In this document: positions 31,303 to 40,603 of the stretch, piece after piece | How positions within the stretch are numbered: the stretch's first letter is position 1 | Layout of the letters: each line of letters begins with the position of its first letter | Source of the DNA: Senegalimassilia sp. | GTDB taxonomy: Bacteria; Bacillota; Clostridia; Lachnospirales; Lachnospiraceae | Length of the DNA stretch: 64,000 bases | Assembly (NCBI GenBank): GCA_963659315.1 | Contig: CAVKUD010000001.1 | Span: 2,769-66,768 of the forward strand | Reading direction: 5' to 3' | The notes under the pieces: generated by a model | What the model was told of the DNA's origin: nothing | The model's input: only the letters and a program-made list of their open reading frames with translations | Database searches by the model: none | Position numbers and translations under genes: made by a program

Positions 31303-32379
31303 ATGAACATGGCGTATTTTACACAAACAGATTCATTAGATGATTTGAGAAATCAATATAAAAGGTTGCTGACAAAATTTGATTATAAAGATCCTAAGAA
31401 TGCTAAGCTCTTAGCAGAGATTGATAAAGAATATAAGAAGCGCCAAACATATGCGAAGATGGCACCACTTAGAAAAGCGCTAGACGATGATGACAAGGCA
31501 AGAGTACAGGCAGAACGAGAGAGGGCTGAGTACAACGCAGAAATAAAAAGAAGAACACAAAGGCATTATACAAAAGAAGACTGTCAGAACTATTTGAATA
31601 TAGCTTGTAGAGAATTGAAAAATTACGCATATCTGAAAGTTAGATATTATATGAAATCAGCAGGTGGAGCATCTACATGTCGTAATGATTTAGATACTTT
31701 TAGAATGAATGGCAATAGAAAAACTTATATAAATTTAAGAACTCTTGGAAAACTAACTAATGATAGAGACTTATTAAAAGTAATGGAGGCTGGAAATGAT
31801 GTTGAAATAGCATTTGTAGCTTTAGCCGATAAAAATAATAAAGAACAGATATTGCAAAAATTAGAAGAAAAATTAGGTGCTGTATATGTTGCAGCCTATA
31901 AAGAAGCATGTGATAAATATATGGATGATGTAGACTACGCTAGGCTTGTAGCAAGGGAAAACAAGCAAAATAAAGCAGAAAAAATCACAAAACCAATGGA
32001 ATCAGCGTTAACTATGATAATTAGAGTAGTTGCTTCTATAGTATTGGGAACAATAGCATTTGGAGTTACCTTTGCCATTTTGGACATGTTTCTTACTTTT
32101 GTAAGTGATGCTAGTAATATCAAGCTTAGTGGCATTATCCTTTGGGGAATTGTAGCAATTGAAGTGATTGTAGCCGCTTTTGTTGCATTAGCTGTAATTA
32201 AAGTCATTAATAAGTTGATTATCGAAGATACTCGTCAAGAGGTGTCAGATAAAAAAGTATCATATAGCCGAGTGACAGAGGGTGAGAAATACGATGAGAT
32301 AAAGAAAAATGAAAATCTTTCTAAGAATACATCTGGTGTAATAAGGCTTATTGCTAGATTGTTTGGATTTCGTATTTAA
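31303..32379 (+). CDS. Membrane protein with degenerate J-domain-like N-terminus and two TM helices
   Basis: YF...SLDDLRNQYKRL...AEIDKEY resembles J-domain helices without HPD; two hydrophobic segments near the C-terminus. Confidence 0.55.
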   Translation: MNMAYFTQTDSLDDLRNQYKRLLTKFDYKDPKNAKLLAEIDKEYKKRQTYAKMAPLRKALDDDDKARVQAERERAEYNAEIKRRTQRHYTKEDCQNYLNIACRELKNYAYLKVRYYMKSAGGASTCRNDLDTFRMNGNRKTYINLRTLGKLTNDRDLLKVMEAGNDVEIAFVALADKNNKEQILQKLEEKLGAVYVAAYKEACDKYMDDVDYARLVARENKQNKAEKITKPMESALTMIIRVVASIVLGTIAFGVTFAILDMFLTFVSDASNIKLSGIILWGIVAIEVIVAAFVALAVIKVINKLIIEDTRQEVSDKKVSYSRVTEGEKYDEIKKNENLSKNTSGVIRLIARLFGFRI

Positions 32380-32412
32380 TTAAATAACATAAGAAAAGGC
32401 AGGTAATAGTAC

Positions 32413-32607
32413 ATGGGATTAATAGGATTTATAGTCATTATAGTTATTTTGGGAGTTCTGTTTGACGGAAAGTTAGGAACAACAATGGCGACTGGAGGGT
32501 TGCAGATATTGTTTGGTATATTTATTACGGCGGTTTGTTTTGCTATAAATCCAATTCTTGGGATAATTGTAGGAATTGTTTATTTTAAAGGATTATCAAA
32601 TCAGTAG
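32413..32607 (+). CDS. Small membrane protein
   Basis: 64 aa, almost entirely hydrophobic; RBS present. Confidence 0.7.
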   Translation: MGLIGFIVIIVILGVLFDGKLGTTMATGGLQILFGIFITAVCFAINPILGIIVGIVYFKGLSNQ

Positions 32608-32727
32608 CATAGTATTACATTTTCGCCAGTATAGGCAAAAAAATTATATATATTTTTGGAACTAAGCACGTATCAAACCTTAAAAGCAATTCTTAGTTCG
32701 GAACCCCACCCCTCTGTATATGGGTAT

Positions 32728-32762
32728 CAAAGACATCAGGAGAAATCTTGGTGTCTTTTTTA
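32728..32762 (+). terminator. Intrinsic terminator
   Basis: AAAGACATCAGGA-gaaa-TCTTGGTGTCTTTTTT. Confidence 0.75.
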
Positions 32763-32836
32763 TTTGACCTGAGCATGTTGTCGTTAAACTGCTCTATTAT
32801 TATGCCCTGATGTGGCAGGAAAGGAGGCACGTTACC

Positions 32837-33106
32837 ATGAAGGATTTGTTATCAAAAATCTATGACTATGTGATCAACTACGAGGCTGACAGTATAAAGC
32901 TGGGGAGTAAATTCGATGTAGAAGTTAAGAAAGCCATAGAGCCATTGAAAGAATCTATGACAGCAGAAGAGATGGAGCGTATTAAGGAAATCGTATATTC
33001 GACAGCTTATACCGCAGAAAAGAATGGATTTCATCTGGGAATCCGCACAGCTCTCACTATGTTTGTGGAAGCAATGCAGTTACCGGATGACCCTGACAAG
33101 TCATAA
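32837..33106 (+). CDS. Hypothetical helical protein
   Basis: AGGAGG RBS; AEKNGFHLG motif of a kind common in small Clostridia MGE proteins. Confidence 0.7.
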   Translation: MKDLLSKIYDYVINYEADSIKLGSKFDVEVKKAIEPLKESMTAEEMERIKEIVYSTAYTAEKNGFHLGIRTALTMFVEAMQLPDDPDKS

Positions 33107-33139
33107 AACTGTCAAATATGAGGAAAGGAGGCTGATGTT

Positions 33140-33226
33140 ATGCGTAAGCCGAATATGGTTGATGTAATCATTGCAGAAATTATTGCGATTGTATTGGTAC
33201 TGATCGTGAAAATGACTGTGGCATAA
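33140..33226 (+). CDS. 28-aa hydrophobic microprotein MRKPNMVDVIIAEIIAIVLVLIVKMTVA
   Basis: AAAGGAGG RBS; single TM segment. Confidence 0.6.
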   Translation: MRKPNMVDVIIAEIIAIVLVLIVKMTVA

Positions 33227-33266
33227 CAACATCAATAATTACAACTGAATATGGAGGTATCACAAA

Positions 33267-33338
33267 ATGGATGCACTATTTATCCAAGCAGTCATTGTAC
33301 TTGTATTCTTGTACAGATGGCTTAAAGAAAACAAATAA
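33267..33338 (+). CDS. 23-aa hydrophobic microprotein MDALFIQAVIVLVFLYRWLKENK
   Basis: GGAGGT RBS; TM segment, Trp and charged tail. Confidence 0.6.
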   Translation: MDALFIQAVIVLVFLYRWLKENK

Positions 33339-33364
33339 TTTTTTACGAAAAGGAGATTCACACT

Positions 33365-34387
33365 ATGATGAACAACAATTTAAACAACAACGGAACTAAT
33401 AACAACAGCAACAATAATTCAAACAACGGAGGTAATTTTATCATGGCAAACAACACAATCAATTCATTACAGGTATTCACAGGCATTATCAAAGAGGCAT
33501 TTACATCTGTCTATCCAGATAACAAGGTCTTTGTTCGTGAGGTAAAGAAGAACAATGGTCTGGTTCTTACAGGTCTTACTATCTGTGAGCGTAATATCAA
33601 TATTGCACCAACTATCTACCTTGATGCATATTTTGCACAGTATAAGGACGGAAGAGCCATGACGGATATTATCAGGACTATTGATGAGTGCTACAAGGCA
33701 AATCGTGTCGGCAGTGATTTTGATATTGCAGGAATTATGGACTTTGAGAACGTAAAAGACAGGGTGTGCTTCAAGCTCATTAATAAGGACAGGAATGCCG
33801 AGATGCTTTCCGATATGCCTTATATAGAGTTCCTTGATTTAGCGGTCATCTTCTATGTGCTTGTATCAGAAGATGAAATGGGTACAGGCTCTATTACGAT
33901 ACATAACAGCCTGATGGAAGCATGGGGAACTGATAAGAAAGAGTTGTTAAAGCTTGCAATGCGTAATACCCAGAGGAGATTTACAGGTCATGTCTATAAC
34001 ATGATGAGCATAATTGAATCCATGATGGGAAGATATGCAGAGCTTGATAGCGAAGTAAGAAACTGCTTCTATGAGATGGAATCAGTATATGAGGATGATA
34101 TCTGCCCTATGTATGTAGCAACGAACAGCAAAAAGTTAAACGGAGCTTGTGTGATGCTTTATGATGGACTACTTCGTGATTTCGCCAGAAAGGTAGGCAA
34201 GGGCTTCTATATTATTCCAAGTTCCATCCATGAAGTTATCCTGATTCCTGATACACTGGATATGGATATCCGTTATATGAAAGCAATGGTTAAGGAAGTA
34301 AACGGAACGGAAGTTGCTCCTGATGAAGTATTATCCGACAATGTATACAGATACGATATTGATACAGACCGCATTGAAATGATGTAG
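33365..34387 (+). CDS. DUF5688-like protein with Asn-rich N-terminal extension
   Basis: VKKNNG, IAPTIYL, LDLAVIF, IIPSSIHEVILIP, LSDNVYRYD motifs; alternative start at 33443. Confidence 0.75.
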   Translation: MMNNNLNNNGTNNNSNNNSNNGGNFIMANNTINSLQVFTGIIKEAFTSVYPDNKVFVREVKKNNGLVLTGLTICERNINIAPTIYLDAYFAQYKDGRAMTDIIRTIDECYKANRVGSDFDIAGIMDFENVKDRVCFKLINKDRNAEMLSDMPYIEFLDLAVIFYVLVSEDEMGTGSITIHNSLMEAWGTDKKELLKLAMRNTQRRFTGHVYNMMSIIESMMGRYAELDSEVRNCFYEMESVYEDDICPMYVATNSKKLNGACVMLYDGLLRDFARKVGKGFYIIPSSIHEVILIPDTLDMDIRYMKAMVKEVNGTEVAPDEVLSDNVYRYDIDTDRIEMM

Positions 34388-34432
34388 GTCTTATTTTTTT
34401 TTGCCTATTTTTAAAAAACGGAGGATTTTAAT

Positions 34433-34708
34433 ATGTTTGATAAGAAAGAAATGAAGCTCATTAACTTTGAGAAAGCCAAGAAATATCTGATGAATGGAGT
34501 ACAGGTCTATATGGTCAATCTGGACGGAAGCCTTGTTGAAATTAATGAGGATACCGACTGGAAAAAGATTTTATTCCATAACCTGAAAGGTGGCAGCTAT
34601 GCCATATACAAGAAAAAATTTACTGGTATCGGTACATTTACCAAGGATATCCATATCGGTAAGTGGGATTTCAGCGTAAGCCACACTAAGAAGGGAGGTG
34701 ATGCCTAA
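34433..34708 (+). CDS. Hypothetical protein
   Basis: GGAGG RBS; within the co-oriented operon. Confidence 0.7.
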   Translation: MFDKKEMKLINFEKAKKYLMNGVQVYMVNLDGSLVEINEDTDWKKILFHNLKGGSYAIYKKKFTGIGTFTKDIHIGKWDFSVSHTKKGGDA

Positions 34709-34887
34709 TGTGCTACTTAGAAGGACAGTCATTAAGACCAGAACTGCCAGGGCATTGTACAGAGAATTGCAGTCTGTACATGTCGGTATGTGTTCCGATT
34801 GTAACAGATGGTCTATTAGATGGCTGTGAGTGCTCAGGAGATTCATATTGTGATGAGTGCCCATACTTTGAAGAGTGTGGGAAGTAG
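34708..34887 (+). CDS. 59-aa cysteine-rich microprotein (9 Cys)
   Basis: GGAGGTG RBS, TAATG stop/start coupling; MCYLEGQSLRPELPGHCTENCSLYMSVCVPIVTDGLLDGCECSGDSYCDECPYFEECGK. Confidence 0.7.
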   Translation: MCYLEGQSLRPELPGHCTENCSLYMSVCVPIVTDGLLDGCECSGDSYCDECPYFEECGK

Positions 34888-34899
34888 AAAGGAGATTCT

Positions 34900-35223
34900 A
34901 TGAAAGAAAAAATAATAAAACGCTTAAATGATGAACTGTATGCATATCGTAAATATCTTATTTCAGGAAGTATGACAACGGAACAGCTTTTTGAAGAAGC
35001 ATATGGAATTGCATTACGTCAGTTTATTGTAGAAGCGATAGAGCAAATGGCAGATGATAACCGATTGTCAGATGTTTTATGTGACTGGCTGGATAAAAAG
35101 GATGATGTACTCGATTATCTGTATTCATTATGGATGGATTGTGATACTTCTCTTATTCCAGAGCTTGCAGACATACTTTATAACGAGGTTACGCATGATC
35201 GGGAGGTACAGGAGAATGAGTAG
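34900..35223 (+). CDS. Hypothetical protein
   Basis: AAAGGAG RBS; LDYLYSLWMDCD segment; overlaps the next start. Confidence 0.7.
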   Translation: MKEKIIKRLNDELYAYRKYLISGSMTTEQLFEEAYGIALRQFIVEAIEQMADDNRLSDVLCDWLDKKDDVLDYLYSLWMDCDTSLIPELADILYNEVTHDREVQENE

Positions 35224-36103
35224 AAATCAGGATAAAGTAAAAACAGCCCTCAAAAGTATTGATGATAGTTTGGCGACTATCAATACCAACGAGGACTGGA
35301 TGAAATACCTTAAATTTCAATCCTTATTCTACAACTACTCATTTGGAAATGCAATCTTAATTTATGCACAGAGCGGTGGACAGGCTACCTATGTAAAAGG
35401 CTATAAGTCTTGGAACAAGCTTGGACGCTATGTGAAGAAAGGAGCTAAGGGGCTGGCAATACTTGCCCCTTGCTTCCGTAAGGTTGAGCAGTTCAAAGAA
35501 CCAGACAATAAAAATGAGTACCATGATGAGCAGGGAGAGAAAGAGGTCAAGCGTGTTATCAGCGGTTTTAAGGTGACCTATGTATTTGATATTGCAGATA
35601 CGGATGGTTCAGATGAATATATCCCAGTGCTGGTAAAAGGTCTTGCAGGTAATTCCGAAGAGGAAAAGAACATATACGATAATCTCTATCGTGTATTATC
35701 AAAAAAATTTGTGATACAGGATGTAACAGGAACAGCCAGCAAAGGCAGTTACAATCTGGAAACAAAGGTTATCAGCGTGCGTTCTGACCTTGAATACTTG
35801 CAGAGAATCAAGACATTACTGCATGAAACAGCTCATGCGTATGATTTTGCAATGAATCCTGATGATGATATCCCAAGAAACCGAAGGGAACTTATTGCAG
35901 AATCGGTAGCTTTTGTTGTCAGCATGAGACTGGGACTTGATACTAGCAGTTATTCCATGGGTTACATACAGTCATGGCTCAAGGATAAAGAGGAACTAAA
36001 GATTATAGCTGATACTGTACAGAAAGTATCATACAAGATTATTACTACATTGGCAGAGTCGGAAGGCTCTGCTTTTTCTGATTTAAGAGAAAGTGAGGAA
36101 TAG
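35216..36103 (+). CDS. ArdC-like ssDNA-binding / antirestriction protein with zincin domain
   Basis: YSFGNAILIYAQ, GYKSWNKLGRYVKKG, VFDIADT; TLLHETAH and ELIAESVAF. Confidence 0.8.
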   Translation: MSRNQDKVKTALKSIDDSLATINTNEDWMKYLKFQSLFYNYSFGNAILIYAQSGGQATYVKGYKSWNKLGRYVKKGAKGLAILAPCFRKVEQFKEPDNKNEYHDEQGEKEVKRVISGFKVTYVFDIADTDGSDEYIPVLVKGLAGNSEEEKNIYDNLYRVLSKKFVIQDVTGTASKGSYNLETKVISVRSDLEYLQRIKTLLHETAHAYDFAMNPDDDIPRNRRELIAESVAFVVSMRLGLDTSSYSMGYIQSWLKDKEELKIIADTVQKVSYKIITTLAESEGSAFSDLRESEE

Positions 36104-36106
36104 AGC

Positions 36107-37042
36107 ATGAATGCAAATATTTTAGTAGAGACAGACGGATTATCAAGGGAAGAGTGGCTTAGATACCGCAAACAGGGGATTGGTGGAAGTGATGTTGCCG
36201 CCATCCTTGGTATCAGCAAATGGAACAGTGCTATTTCCTTATGGCTCAATAAAACAAACCAGACAGAGGATGATACACAGGAAAATGAAGCTATGGAATG
36301 GGGAACCATCATGGAACCGGTCATCCGTAATCATTTTGCTAAGGTTACTGGTAAGACAGTGGTTGAAGTACATGCCATGTTACAGCATCCAGAATATCCA
36401 TTTATGCTTGCTGATGTTGATGGTCTTACAGAAGATGAGGACGGAAATCCTGCTATTCTTGAAATAAAGACAGCCAGCGAATATAAGCGTTCTGAATGGG
36501 AAGAAGGTGTTCCGACTTATTATCAGACACAGGTACAGCATTATCTTACAGTCACAGGAGTTAAAAAAGCATATGTTGCTGTCCTTATTGGTGGCAATGC
36601 GTTCCGTATCTATGAAGTGGATGCGGATGAAGAGATACAGCAGATGCTTATTGCTGTAGAAAAAGAGTTCTGGAATAAGGTTAAGAACATGATTAGACCT
36701 GAAATGGATGGATCTGATGCTGCTAAGAATCTGTTAGATAACATTTATCATGGCGGGGTTGAGGATGAAATTATACTGCCTGATGATGCTGTTGAATGGG
36801 TGGATGCATACTTTGAAGCATCTGTAGAAGAGGATAATGCAAAGGCAAAGAAGCAGGAAGCAGCTAACCATATCAAGGAGTTCATGGGGGATTATGACAA
36901 GGCAAAGTGTTATGACCATTCTATTTCATGGAAAAGAGTAACCAGTGAAAGGCTTGATACAAAGGCATTAAAAGAGAATGAACCAGAGCTTTACCAGAAA
37001 TATGTTAAGAGCAGTACAAGCAGAAGATTCACATTGAGATAA
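36107..37042 (+). CDS. YqaJ-like (lambda exonuclease family) recombination nuclease
   Basis: WLRYRKQGIGGSD, MLADVDG, LEIKT, YQTQVQHYL. Confidence 0.92.
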   Translation: MNANILVETDGLSREEWLRYRKQGIGGSDVAAILGISKWNSAISLWLNKTNQTEDDTQENEAMEWGTIMEPVIRNHFAKVTGKTVVEVHAMLQHPEYPFMLADVDGLTEDEDGNPAILEIKTASEYKRSEWEEGVPTYYQTQVQHYLTVTGVKKAYVAVLIGGNAFRIYEVDADEEIQQMLIAVEKEFWNKVKNMIRPEMDGSDAAKNLLDNIYHGGVEDEIILPDDAVEWVDAYFEASVEEDNAKAKKQEAANHIKEFMGDYDKAKCYDHSISWKRVTSERLDTKALKENEPELYQKYVKSSTSRRFTLR

Positions 37043-37066
37043 GCACAGAAAGGCAGGATAAACATT

Positions 37067-37924
37067 ATGAGTAAACAGATAGATTTAAAAGCACTACTAG
37101 AGAGCAGAATGGAGAATATAGAGCCGACAGAAACCTCTAAAATGGCGATAGAACGTGCGGAAATGAATGTACCCCACAATCTTATGTTTGATGCAGAAAG
37201 CACAGAATTTAAGCCAGAAACAAAGCCAGTGACAGCATCAGGAGCAAGAGGATTAACAGTAGAAGAGGCAAAGACATTTGATGATGAAATGAACCGATTC
37301 ATTGATACTGTCCTTATTGCTGGTGTCGATTATGGTGTGATACCGCATTGTAACAAACCTACCTTATTAAAATCAGGAGCAGAAAAAATCCTTAATTATC
37401 TTGGACTGATTGCAAGAACGGAAATCAGTAATCGGGTTGAGGATTACAATGTCGGGTTCTTTTCTTATGAGGCAAAGGTCTACCTGATTGATTACAACGG
37501 CGTTGTCAAAGGTGAGGGTATCGGCATCACGAATACCAGAGAAGGTAAATATGCAAAGAGTAATGGTTATGCGGTTCAGAATACAGTCCTTAAAATGGCA
37601 AAGAAGCGTGCGTTGGTGGATGCAGCATTAAATGTCGGTAATCTGTCAGCAAGGTTTACGCAGGATGTAGAGGATATGAATATTGAGCCTGACAGTACAG
37701 GTGGTAAGAATCCTGATGAATTAAAGCAGGGAAGTAAGCCAAAAGCGGAAAAGTCTGTCACACAGAAGCAGATAAAATATCTGGAAACACTTATGAGCCA
37801 GCATAATACATCTGCGGAAGCCATGAACAAATACTGTAAATCAAACTTTGGTGTAGATGATTATAAGAAGATTACAGGTGTTCAGGCATCTACGCTGATA
37901 GAGAAATTTAAAGCTGTTGAATAA
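37067..37924 (+). CDS. Probable single-strand annealing protein (Rad52-like fold inferred)
   Basis: Follows YqaJ; DYGVIP...KPTLLKSGAEKI, NTVLKMAKKRALVDA and C-terminal TQKQIKY motif. Confidence 0.55.
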   Translation: MSKQIDLKALLESRMENIEPTETSKMAIERAEMNVPHNLMFDAESTEFKPETKPVTASGARGLTVEEAKTFDDEMNRFIDTVLIAGVDYGVIPHCNKPTLLKSGAEKILNYLGLIARTEISNRVEDYNVGFFSYEAKVYLIDYNGVVKGEGIGITNTREGKYAKSNGYAVQNTVLKMAKKRALVDAALNVGNLSARFTQDVEDMNIEPDSTGGKNPDELKQGSKPKAEKSVTQKQIKYLETLMSQHNTSAEAMNKYCKSNFGVDDYKKITGVQASTLIEKFKAVE

Positions 37925-38052
37925 TCTGATGGCATAATTTTGTGCAGCGAAATATAGGAGAACTCAAAATTGAGCTGTCCTAAATAATTTCGTATCGGAA
38001 AAGTAGTTTTATTTCACATTCGCTCCTCTATTTTGAGGAATGAAATCATACT

Positions 38053-38084
38053 GGGGATGCAGGATATCTGTGTCCCCCTTTTTT
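38053..38084 (+). terminator. Intrinsic terminator-like hairpin
   Basis: GGGGATGCAG-loop-CTGTGTCCCC followed by T tract. Confidence 0.6.
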
Positions 38085-38101
38085 GAAAGGAGCAAACGAC
38101 A

Positions 38102-38575
38102 ATGGATATAAAAACATATGATTTGATTATTGATACCAAGACCAAGCATACAGCATTACAGGTAAAGGACAGCTTTGCCTATGCTGTTGATAATTTTACA
38201 GAGCCTAAGGCGATATATGACTTAATGACAGATGGATTCCATATGGATAAAAAAGCAGATGAATATGTCTATATGGGGGCATTTAATAACAGGATGAAGC
38301 TTCTTGGAATGTTTGAGATAAGTCATGGTTTGGGAGATTCAAGCCTTATAGATGCAAGAGGCGTGTATATGAGAGCATTACAGATAGGAGCGAGCAATAT
38401 AGTGGTAATACATAATCATCCATCAGGTATTCCGCTTCCATCAAGGGATGACTTTCGTGTGTGCCGTAGAATCAGAGAAGCAGGGGAGCTGCTTGGAATC
38501 CCATTGTCTGATTTTATAGTGATAGGCTGTGATGATTTCGTCAGCTTTCAGGAAAAAGACCTGATGAATCTTTAA
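38102..38575 (+). CDS. RadC-like JAB/MPN domain protein (copy 2)
   Basis: DEYVYM...HNHPSG.PLPSRDD...DFIVIG. Confidence 0.9.
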   Translation: MDIKTYDLIIDTKTKHTALQVKDSFAYAVDNFTEPKAIYDLMTDGFHMDKKADEYVYMGAFNNRMKLLGMFEISHGLGDSSLIDARGVYMRALQIGASNIVVIHNHPSGIPLPSRDDFRVCRRIREAGELLGIPLSDFIVIGCDDFVSFQEKDLMNL

Positions 38576-38928
38576 ATAGTACATTCAGGTATTGTTTAGT
38601 TAATAATTGCATTATAATATATAGCATGTAGAATGTACTGGATGAGAGCACCTACTTTTTAATGATGATTTCCTTATTTTTGTTGTTGAATTGTAATATG
38701 GTGTGACAGAAGAATAATTCTTTCTTATTTCCAGGGGACAAAAACTCTGATTTTTATGTAATTATGTAGAGAAAAAGGCAAGAAGATCAGAGTGTAAATA
38801 ATATACCTGTAAATTTGGATGATTGCTACACATGCTATAATTTATGTAGAGAGACATACATACCGATATATACTATAAGCATTTATATGCTTGCTACTTA
38901 TAATACCTACTGAAAGTGAGATACTGAT

Positions 38929-40347
38929 ATGGATTACTTTGATGATAATAAATTGTGCTCTGTTAATGAGTTCTATGACAATGTAAAAAAGTTAAAAAGA
39001 GAGTTGGGAAATAAAGCCACTCTCACAGATAAAGAAGTTGAAGATAAAAAGGCATTATTATTAAGTGCTCAATTTGTTTCTAAAAAATATATTGAATTGG
39101 CACAAGAGTCCCCAAAGGAATATCCAGAAATTTTACCAGAGGATATAATAGGGGAAATGGATTATATAGATGCAGTATATGATTATATGAAGCAACATGG
39201 AGATGGAGGAGATGTATTAAATAGCTATCCTGTTGTTTCATTGGCTATTATGGTTAAAAATACACATTCGGAAATAAGAAATGCAGGAATAGATAATTGT
39301 GTTACTGAGAGAGTTGTGCATGCAGTAGTTCCAGCTATCGAGGCTGTTACATTAAAGGCAGTTTATAATGCACCACAATTCAATGTATCTACATCTGGTA
39401 TAATCAATGCTCAAAAAGTTTTGAATAGATATCCAGAAATCGTAAAGCTTATGACAGATGAGGCGGTAAGAACAGTTTTTACAAATAAAGCTGAAAGGAA
39501 TCAGTGGTCATCATTTACTATATATAAAGGAAATGCATCTGATAATGCATCGTTACTGTTATCTCAAAGCGTTACTGCTGACCCGAATAATAAGGTTTTA
39601 ATTGAAAGTGATTTTTCAATATATGATTGGGCGGTCATGGAAGCGGTAGCGACACTATATGCGTATGCGGAAGAAAATAGTAAGTTAGACAATGGTGCTG
39701 TGGCTATAGATATTCAGAGTATTGATAAGATACTAAAACGTGATGTTTTAATAAGAATGTCGCAAGAAACCAAAAAGAATATCCTGACATCGGATATTGT
39801 AAGAAGTTTAGTAAAATTAATGGGAAATCATGTGGAGATAGTTGATCCGGCAGGAAATCATGCTGGAGATTTGATAGATGGAGAATTAGCATTTGTATCT
39901 AATAAATTATGCTTAATAGTAAAATCTAAACCTGTTCTTTTTAAATATACAGAAAGTAATGGTAGAAATCATTTGGAGAGCATAAAAATAGATGAACTTA
40001 AACTTGATCTGAAAAAAATAAATGCATCATATTCTACAGAAACTGTTGCCATATATAGATTTTTACTAGGGAGATTAAGAGAAATATTTGGTTCATACAA
40101 GATGGACAGTAAACATATGACTCCGAAGCCAAATTATACGAATAGTGTATCGCTTGAAAGTATTATCAGTGCTGTATATCCAGAAGGTTTAGGAAAATTC
40201 AAGGATGCAGCATCAAAGAAGCGATATGTTTTAAATAATACAGAAAAAATCTGTAATGCAATGGAAAACAAAGGAATATTTTTTAAGAAGTGTGAGTTAG
40301 GTAGAAACATGAGAGAAGATTATATATTCATATTTCATAGAAATTAA
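38929..40347 (+). CDS. Hypothetical protein, candidate replication initiator
   Basis: Sits immediately before iteron-like repeats and a DnaB-like helicase; function inferred from position only. Confidence 0.45.
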   Translation: MDYFDDNKLCSVNEFYDNVKKLKRELGNKATLTDKEVEDKKALLLSAQFVSKKYIELAQESPKEYPEILPEDIIGEMDYIDAVYDYMKQHGDGGDVLNSYPVVSLAIMVKNTHSEIRNAGIDNCVTERVVHAVVPAIEAVTLKAVYNAPQFNVSTSGIINAQKVLNRYPEIVKLMTDEAVRTVFTNKAERNQWSSFTIYKGNASDNASLLLSQSVTADPNNKVLIESDFSIYDWAVMEAVATLYAYAEENSKLDNGAVAIDIQSIDKILKRDVLIRMSQETKKNILTSDIVRSLVKLMGNHVEIVDPAGNHAGDLIDGELAFVSNKLCLIVKSKPVLFKYTESNGRNHLESIKIDELKLDLKKINASYSTETVAIYRFLLGRLREIFGSYKMDSKHMTPKPNYTNSVSLESIISAVYPEGLGKFKDAASKKRYVLNNTEKICNAMENKGIFFKKCELGRNMREDYIFIFHRN

Positions 40348-40373
40348 CTGGAAGAAATCGCCTAGCTTAGTTT

Positions 40374-40436
40374 ATTAAAAGTGTAAGGAATAGCTTTTAT
40401 GTTGTTAGATACAGCATTAAAGGTGTAAGGAATAGC
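40374..40436 (+). repeat. Iteron-like 21-bp direct repeats (putative origin)
   Basis: ATTAAA(A/G)GTGTAAGGAATAGC at 40374 and 40416, 42 bp apart, with a degenerate 21-mer between. Confidence 0.7.
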
Positions 40437-40603
40437 ATTGATAAAGTCTCGAAACCGTTGAAAATAGGGCGGTTCGGGGCTTTTTCTTTTTCTATAGACT
40501 TATAGATTAATACCGAGCGATTTCTGGCAATACCAGAAAATCGCATTTGGGTATTAAATTATACCATCAGCTGATACAAAAACAGAAAGGAGTTGATGAA
40601 TCT

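Noticed and set aside
40374..40436. Direct repeats as a mini CRISPR array
   Set aside because: Only two 21-bp copies with a 21-bp gap, and no cas genes; context fits iterons.
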